DNA of 64,000 nucleotides from a virus (Duplodnaviria; Heunggongvirae; Uroviricota; Caudoviricetes): IMG/VR virus record IMGVR_UViG_2519899835_000003; one strand, 5' to 3'. Shown piece by piece: positions 58,167 to 64,000 of this stretch (position 1 is its first letter; each line of letters starts with the position of its first letter). The notes under the pieces were generated by a model. It saw only the letters and a program-made list of their open reading frames with translations, ran no database searches and was not told where the DNA came from. The position numbers and the translations under genes were made by a program.

Positions 58167-58622
58167 AAATTCACTCTCCTTACGGGGTTTGTAGTTGAGG
58201 AGTTCTCCACGGGTGAGGTGGAGATCGTGCGCCGGACACGGGTGAGTTCCTGCACTCTCAGTTTACTGAACAGACATTACCCTGAAAGCCAGGGTACTAC
58301 ACGAAAGCGCGAGGCGAAGACTCTTTCCCATAGAAGGATTGTCGTTAGATTTCTTCGACCGTGCGCTTCCGGTTGTGAATAACAACATTGCTGTGTGTAA
58401 CCCTTGGCGGATATCGGTTTGCCGATTGCTGATGTCCGCCCTTTTTAAAGTGAATTTTGTGATGCGGTGAATGCGGCTATGCGCACGCGGAACAGTTAAA
58501 CCGACAGGATGTCACGGAAAGTCATCGTCCCCTGACCCGGCGTTAGTTGTTAACTGGTTAACGTCACCTGGAGGCACCAGGCACCGCATCAACAAAGTTC
58601 ATTTGTGAAAATGGAGATAATT

Positions 58623-58844
58623 ATGATTGCTCATCACTTCGGAACTGATGAAATACCACGTCAGTGCGTGACGCCTGGCGATTATGTTCTTCATGAAGGT
58701 CGGACATATATCGCTTCAGCAAACAATATTGAAAAGAGAAAACTCTATATTCGTAACTTCACAACAAAAACATGCATTACCGACTGCATGATTAAAGTTT
58801 TCATCGGGCGCGATGGCTTACCCGTAAAAGCAGCGTCGTTGTGA
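58623..58844 (+). CDS. Hypothetical protein
   Basis: Start MIAHHFG with GGAG 7 nt upstream. Confidence 0.4.
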   Translation: MIAHHFGTDEIPRQCVTPGDYVLHEGRTYIASANNIEKRKLYIRNFTTKTCITDCMIKVFIGRDGLPVKAASL

Positions 58845-58927
58845 CGAGTAATAAAATACACCTTCCATATCTGTAACAGACAAGCCGAAATAAAACCGCA
58901 TTAATTATCAATCACGGAAAAATCAAA

Positions 58928-59314
58928 ATGAAAGAACTTGCGCAAAATGAAATATTTTCCAAAACCAGTCCTGATGCAATAAATGAACTCAAAGAAATTG
59001 CAGAACGCATCAGTAAAATATGCAAAGAATACAAAATCGACTTTGTATTTTCTTTTTCAGTGCTTACAGAAGTTGGAAATAACGAATATAAGGACAGTCG
59101 TTTTGTTTTATGTGGGTTAAATGGCAAAACACCAAGCCCATATATTCATGCTGCACGTGAAGTTGTCAGAAGCAACATTGGAGTACAACAAATCCATACA
59201 CTTGCACAGGCTCTTGAGTTTGCAAGAGAAAATTCTGAGTGCGACTGCCCTGAATGCCAGCACGAAAAGGGAAAAACAACTCACAAAACAGCAAACCAGG
59301 CAACCTTCCACTGA
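58928..59314 (+). CDS. Hypothetical protein with C-terminal CDCPEC motif
   Basis: 128-aa ORF; strongly AT-rich. Confidence 0.5.
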   Translation: MKELAQNEIFSKTSPDAINELKEIAERISKICKEYKIDFVFSFSVLTEVGNNEYKDSRFVLCGLNGKTPSPYIHAAREVVRSNIGVQQIHTLAQALEFARENSECDCPECQHEKGKTTHKTANQATFH

Positions 59315-59421
59315 AATAAAAATCCGGCAGCGCAGGCTACCGGATTTCTCCCTGCGTCACCGTATTCGGAGAAATCAGACAAAGGGTCGCTAATTCTAAT
59401 CCAGCCAGAGGTTTAAATACA

Positions 59422-61494
59422 ATGAGCGCTGATAAACAGACTTTTGCACTACACTGCGAAGCAAAAAACGATAAAGTCAGAAAACGCCTTGGCATCAAAG
59501 GCGGTTTTTTCTGGACCGAGGCCAGAAAACTTTCTGTCGCAGTTTCCCGCTGCATTGCAGCCATGGACGATGCAGGCTACGACGAGGATGATTTCAAAAA
59601 ACCCGTTCGCGTAAATTTCCCCGTCGTGAATGACCTTCCACCGGAAGGCGTGTTTGATACTGAATTCTGCAACCGCTATGAAAAAGGCGGTAACGATGGC
59701 ATCACCATGATGGCTATCCCCTTCGATGACAACATCAACGGTGAAGATGCCACAACTGCTGGCGATGACAACGATAACCTGGACGGAACTATTCCGGATG
59801 ATGTGGAGAAAAGCGAATCCCCGGACAGCGACGATGACTGTTCTGAGTGTGAAATTCCCGTCGCCACTCTGAGCCTTACTCATCGCTTCCTTCACCTCTT
59901 CTTATTCAGCAAAGATGAAGATGGAAAATACCGGCATCATGCCACACCAGAACAACGCAATAACGTGATCCGTATGGAGATGGACACAGAGGACAGTTAC
60001 CTTCAGAGCCTGCTTACTGCTGTGCGCGCCGCGCATCATGAACTGGATAAACTGACGAACTATCACCTTAGTCGCCTGGCTGAATCTGTAGGGAAAGCAT
60101 TCCCCCACTCTGCAAATCATCGCATCAGCCCGGCTGAATTCGACAAGTTCATTTCCACCTGGATGAAAACTGACTACCTTGATCAGGGCCTGCTGACAAA
60201 AGAATGGCAGAACGGAAATTATGTTTCAGGCATTACCCGTACGCCTTCCGGTGCTAACGCTGGCGGCGGAAATATTACCGATCGTGGTGAAGGATTCAAA
60301 CATGATAAGACATCACTCGCACGAGATGTAGCCACCGGCGTTCTGGCCCGTTCAATGGATGTGGATATTTATAACCTGCACCCAGCACACGCAAAACGCG
60401 TTGAAGAAATCGTGTCAGAGAATAAGCCGCCCTTTTCTGTTTTTCGCGACAAATTTATCGCCATGCCCGGTGGGCTGGATTATTCCCGCGCCATTGTGGT
60501 GGCTTCCGTGAAAGAAGCACCAATCGGCATTGAGGCCATCCCGGCACGCGTGACTGAATATCTCAACAAAGTGTTGACCGAAACCGATCACGCTAACCCG
60601 GATCCGGAAATCGTGGAAATTGCCTGCGGTCGCTCATCAGCACCGATGCCGCAGCGCGGAACAGCAGAAGGAAAACATGGCGATGAAGAAAAGCAACAAA
60701 CATCGGACACAATGGCTAATGAACAGGCAGCGCCTGAATCAGTGGAAGAAATTCCAGTTAAACATAATGAGGACACGCAATCACTGGAAAATGTCTCATC
60801 TGTAGAAACGAAATACCAGGAACTGAGGGAGGAACTCAATAAAGCCAGGGAAAACATCCCCCCAAAAAATCCAGTCGATGCCGACAAATTACTGGCTGCC
60901 TCGCGTGGAGAATTCGTTGAAGGCATCAGTAACCCTGCTGATCCGAAGTGGGTGAAGGGGATCCAGACTCGCGACACTGAGGACCAGAATCAGCCCAAAG
61001 TGGAACAAATTGCCCCAGAAGCGGGACAAAACAGCCCGGATACGCAACAAAACGGGCCAGAAGAGCAACAGCCAGGGCCAGTAATGCAACAGGAAGTGGA
61101 AAAGGTTTGCACCACATGCAGTCAGAACGGTGGCGGCCATTGCCCTGACTGTGGTCCAGTAATGGGAGATGAAACTTACGCTGAAACTTTTGGAGAAAAT
61201 GACGCCGCTGATGGAGAAGACTCAGCACAAACTGAGGAGAAGATCATTCAGGAAAACTCTGTTGATGCCGCTCAGGAGGGCGAAACCGTTGTTCAGAACG
61301 AGCCAGGCAGTGATACGTCCGGCGATGACGCCAATTCTGAGCCAGTAACTCTCGACTGGAAAAGACAGCTCGTGATTGCCGCCGTCTATGGTTTGTGCGC
61401 CAACCCCGCATGTATAGCCACAGCGCCAGCAATCCCTGATATCGCCATCATGATTGCCAACAGGCTTGAAAATTTCGAAGGTGATAAATCATGA
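59422..61494 (+). CDS. Large acidic hypothetical protein (690 aa) with C-terminal cysteine cluster
   Basis: Stop overlaps the gam start; D/E-rich stretches; [17 protein letters not shown]. Confidence 0.65.
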   Translation: MSADKQTFALHCEAKNDKVRKRLGIKGGFFWTEARKLSVAVSRCIAAMDDAGYDEDDFKKPVRVNFPVVNDLPPEGVFDTEFCNRYEKGGNDGITMMAIPFDDNINGEDATTAGDDNDNLDGTIPDDVEKSESPDSDDDCSECEIPVATLSLTHRFLHLFLFSKDEDGKYRHHATPEQRNNVIRMEMDTEDSYLQSLLTAVRAAHHELDKLTNYHLSRLAESVGKAFPHSANHRISPAEFDKFISTWMKTDYLDQGLLTKEWQNGNYVSGITRTPSGANAGGGNITDRGEGFKHDKTSLARDVATGVLARSMDVDIYNLHPAHAKRVEEIVSENKPPFSVFRDKFIAMPGGLDYSRAIVVASVKEAPIGIEAIPARVTEYLNKVLTETDHANPDPEIVEIACGRSSAPMPQRGTAEGKHGDEEKQQTSDTMANEQAAPESVEEIPVKHNEDTQSLENVSSVETKYQELREELNKARENIPPKNPVDADKLLAASRGEFVEGISNPADPKWVKGIQTRDTEDQNQPKVEQIAPEAGQNSPDTQQNGPEEQQPGPVMQQEVEKVCTTCSQNGGGHCPDCGPVMGDETYAETFGENDAADGEDSAQTEEKIIQENSVDAAQEGETVVQNEPGSDTSGDDANSEPVTLDWKRQLVIAAVYGLCANPACIATAPAIPDIAIMIANRLENFEGDKS

Positions 61495-61787
61495 ATGCCT
61501 GGCTTATCCCCGATCGCATTGAAGAGCAGTCATGGGCACGACACTACCAGCAAATTGCCCGTGAAGAAACTGAAGCTGAGCTGGCAGACGACCTGGAAAA
61601 AGGTCTGCCCCAACACCTGTTTGAATCGCTATGCATCGATAATCTGCAACGTCACGGGGCCAGCAAAAAAGCTATTTCCCGTGCATTTGATGACGATGTC
61701 GATTTTCAGGAACGCATGGCAGAACACATCCGCTACATGGCTGAAACCATCGCCCGTCACCAAATTAATATTGATTCAGAGGTATAA
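61491..61787 (+). CDS. gam: Gam, RecBCD inhibitor
   Basis: Near-identical to lambda GamS ([24 protein letters not shown]...). Confidence 0.95.
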   Translation: MNAWLIPDRIEEQSWARHYQQIAREETEAELADDLEKGLPQHLFESLCIDNLQRHGASKKAISRAFDDDVDFQERMAEHIRYMAETIARHQINIDSEV

Positions 61788-61792
61788 AACGG

Positions 61793-62578
61793 ATGAGTAC
61801 AGCACTCGCAACGCTGGCAGGGAAGCTGGCTGAACGTGTCGGCATGGATTCTGTCGACCCACAGGAACTAATCACCACTCTTCGCCAGACGGCATTTAAA
61901 GGTGATGCCAGCGATGCGCAATTTATCGCATTGTTGATCGTCGCCAACCAGTACGGCCTTAATCCCTGGACGAAAGAAATTTACGCCTTCCCTGACAAGC
62001 AGAACGGCATCGTTCCGGTGGTTGGCGTTGATGGCTGGTCCCGCATTATCAATGAAAACCAGCAGTTTGATGGCATGGACTTTGAGCAGGACAATGAGTC
62101 CTGTACATGCCGGATTTACCGCAAAGATCGCAATCACCCGATCTGCGTTACCGAGTGGATGGATGAATGTCGCCGCGCACCATTCAAAACCCGCGAAGGC
62201 AGAGAAATCACCGGACCGTGGCAGTCGCATCCCAAACGGATGTTACGGCACAAAGCCATGATTCAGTGTGCTCGCCTGGCCTTCGGATTTGCTGGCATCT
62301 ATGACAAGGATGAAGCCGAGCGTATTGTCGAAAATACTGCATATACTACAGAACGTCAGCCGGAACGCGACATCACCCCGGTTAACGAAGAAACCATGTC
62401 GGAAATTAACGCCCTTCTTACTTCCATGGAAAAAACGTGGGATGACGACCTGTTGCCGCTCTGTTCCCAGATTTTTCGCCGCAACATTTACACATCTTCA
62501 GAACTAACACAGGCTGAAGCTGTGAAGGTTCTTGGATTCCTGAAACAGAAAGTCACAGAGCAGAAGGTAGCAGCATGA
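61793..62578 (+). CDS. bet: Bet (Red-beta single-strand annealing protein)
   Basis: Near-identical to lambda Bet ([30 protein letters not shown]...). Confidence 0.95.
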   Translation: MSTALATLAGKLAERVGMDSVDPQELITTLRQTAFKGDASDAQFIALLIVANQYGLNPWTKEIYAFPDKQNGIVPVVGVDGWSRIINENQQFDGMDFEQDNESCTCRIYRKDRNHPICVTEWMDECRRAPFKTREGREITGPWQSHPKRMLRHKAMIQCARLAFGFAGIYDKDEAERIVENTAYTTERQPERDITPVNEETMSEINALLTSMEKTWDDDLLPLCSQIFRRNIYTSSELTQAEAVKVLGFLKQKVTEQKVAA

Positions 62579-63252
62579 CACCGGACATTATCCTGCAACG
62601 TACAGGGATCGACGTGAGAGCTGTCGAACAGGGGGATGATGCGTGGCACAAATTACGGCTCGGCGTCATCACCGCTTCAGAAGTTCACAACGTGATAGCA
62701 AAACCCCGCTCAGGAAAGAAATGGCCTGACATGAAAATGTCCTACTTCCACACCCTGCTGGCTGAGGTTTGCACCGGTGTGGCTCCGGAAGTTAACGCTA
62801 AAGCGCTGGCCTGGGGAAAACAGTACGAGAACGACGCCAGAGCCCTCTTTGAGTTCACTTCCGGCGTGAATGTTACTGAATCCCCGATCATCTATCGCGA
62901 CGAAAGTATGCGCACCGCTTGCTCTCCCGATGGTTTATGCAGTGACGGCAACGGCCTTGAACTGAAATGCCCGTTTACCTCCCGGGATTTCATGAAATTC
63001 CGGCTCGGTGGTTTCGAGGCAATAAAATCGGCTTACATGGCCCAGGTGCAGTACAGCATGTGGGTGACGCGAAAAGATGCCTGGTACTTTGCCAACTATG
63101 ACCCGCGCATGAAGCGTGAAGGCCTGCATTATGTCGTGATTGAGCGGAATGAAAAGTACATGGCGAGTTTTGACGAGATGGTGCCGGAGTTCATCGAAAA
63201 AATGGACGAGGCACTGGCTGAAATTGGTTTTGTATTTGGGGAGCAATGGTGA
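62575..63252 (+). CDS. exo: Lambda-type 5'-3' exonuclease Exo
   Basis: Near-identical to lambda Exo ([30 protein letters not shown]...). Confidence 0.95.
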   Translation: MTPDIILQRTGIDVRAVEQGDDAWHKLRLGVITASEVHNVIAKPRSGKKWPDMKMSYFHTLLAEVCTGVAPEVNAKALAWGKQYENDARALFEFTSGVNVTESPIIYRDESMRTACSPDGLCSDGNGLELKCPFTSRDFMKFRLGGFEAIKSAYMAQVQYSMWVTRKDAWYFANYDPRMKREGLHYVVIERNEKYMASFDEMVPEFIEKMDEALAEIGFVFGEQW

Positions 63253-63303
63253 TAGCCAGTAGCAACGAGGTGCAAATGATATGACAATTAAGGAATACTA
63301 CCG

Positions 63304-63555
63304 GTGTTCGTTCTAATCCAGCGCGGGCAGTCTTTCGTCGATGCCAACAACTATCCGGTTGAAGTCTGCAAAATCACTCTGACGCAGGTAATCTTCCGCA
63401 GGCTGGATGGGAGAACCAGAGCCGCTTCAATTAGCGCATTTAATGCAGAATTTGAGCGAATCGATCACAACGAACTACACATGATTAAAGCAGAAATTGA
63501 GAAGGAAAAGCATATTGCCAGCCTTCGAAAAATGCGCCGCATATCAATCAACTGA
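63304..63555 (+). CDS. Hypothetical protein
   Basis: 83-aa ORF between exo and xis. Confidence 0.4.
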   Translation: MFVLIQRGQSFVDANNYPVEVCKITLTQVIFRRLDGRTRAASISAFNAEFERIDHNELHMIKAEIEKEKHIASLRKMRRISIN

Positions 63556-63589
63556 CAACCGCCTTCGGGCGGTTTTTAATGGCGAAAAT

Positions 63590-63961
63590 ATGGATTCACA
63601 CAGTATCACCCTCAAAGAGGCCTGTAAGTTTCTCAAGATATCAAGGCCAACAGCTGTTAACTGGATACGAACGGGCCGACTACAGGCAACCCGAAAAAAT
63701 TCTTCCGGTAAAAGATCACCTTATCTCACAACCCGGCAAGCCTGCATTGCAGCACTTCATTCACCGCTGCATACTGTCCAGGTGAGCGCGGGTGATGGCA
63801 TAACAGAGGAAAGAAAATGTCACTCTTCCGCAGAGGTGAAATATGGTACGCCTCGTACTCGCTCCCGGGCGGGAAGCGAATTAAGGAGTCTCTTGGCACA
63901 AAGGACAAGCGGCAAGCTCAGGAGTTGCACGACAAGCGAAAAGCAGAACTCTGGCGAGTAG
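63590..63961 (+). CDS. xis: Excisionase-like HTH protein; 3' end overlaps int
   Basis: [34 protein letters not shown] directly upstream of int. Confidence 0.5.
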   Translation: MDSHSITLKEACKFLKISRPTAVNWIRTGRLQATRKNSSGKRSPYLTTRQACIAALHSPLHTVQVSAGDGITEERKCHSSAEVKYGTPRTRSRAGSELRSLLAQRTSGKLRSCTTSEKQNSGE

Positions 63962-64000
63962 ACAGACTGGGGGATATGCCAGATGTCACTTTCGAAGAAG
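63825..64000 (+). CDS. int: Tyrosine integrase, N-terminal arm-binding region, 3'-partial
   Basis: [47 protein letters not shown] matches the N-terminus of E. coli prophage integrases. Confidence 0.85.

Larger units (their letters stand above)
2493..64000 (-). mobile_element. Lambdoid prophage (933W-like, stx-negative), left junction in ynfG; right end beyond window
   Basis: Contiguous phage gene set from the ynfG breakpoint to the integrase N-terminus at the window end. Confidence 0.85.

Noticed and set aside
1-64000. Insertion sequences or transposases
   Set aside because: No transposase-like ORF or terminal inverted repeats noticed; the mosaic structure looks like phage module exchange.

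Overview
The window holds the 3' part of the host ynfEFGH operon (ynfF, then the first 28 codons of ynfG) followed by an almost complete lambdoid prophage of about 61.5 kb inserted into ynfG at about 2492/2493. The prophage runs to the integrase N-terminus at the window end, so the second junction lies beyond 64000. Late genes are on the minus strand and the int-xis-exo-bet-gam side on the plus strand. Gene order is lambda-like (int, xis, exo, bet, gam, N, cI, cro, cII, replication genes, nin region, Q, lysis cassette, terminases, head and tail genes), but the virion module is short-tailed and includes a 2783-aa multi-HExxH protein, so it resembles Stx-converting phages of the 933W type. No stx genes are present: the usual toxin slot between Q and the NanS-like esterase gene is about 760 bp of non-coding, hairpin-rich sequence. 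The best candidates for undescribed biology are the giant putative injected protein, a 10-gene left-arm operon combining TraR, a ClpX zinc-binding-domain protein, a nuclease and a MazG-like protein, and the AT-rich accessory genes between N and gam. Other cargo includes a Lom/Ail outer membrane protein, an Ais-like LPS phosphatase in the bor position, a small lipoprotein beside the tail fibre genes, three toxin-antitoxin loci and four antirepressor-type genes. All calls are from reading the sequence and the ORF track; no database search was run, and coordinates of features not in the track may be off by 1-2 bp.
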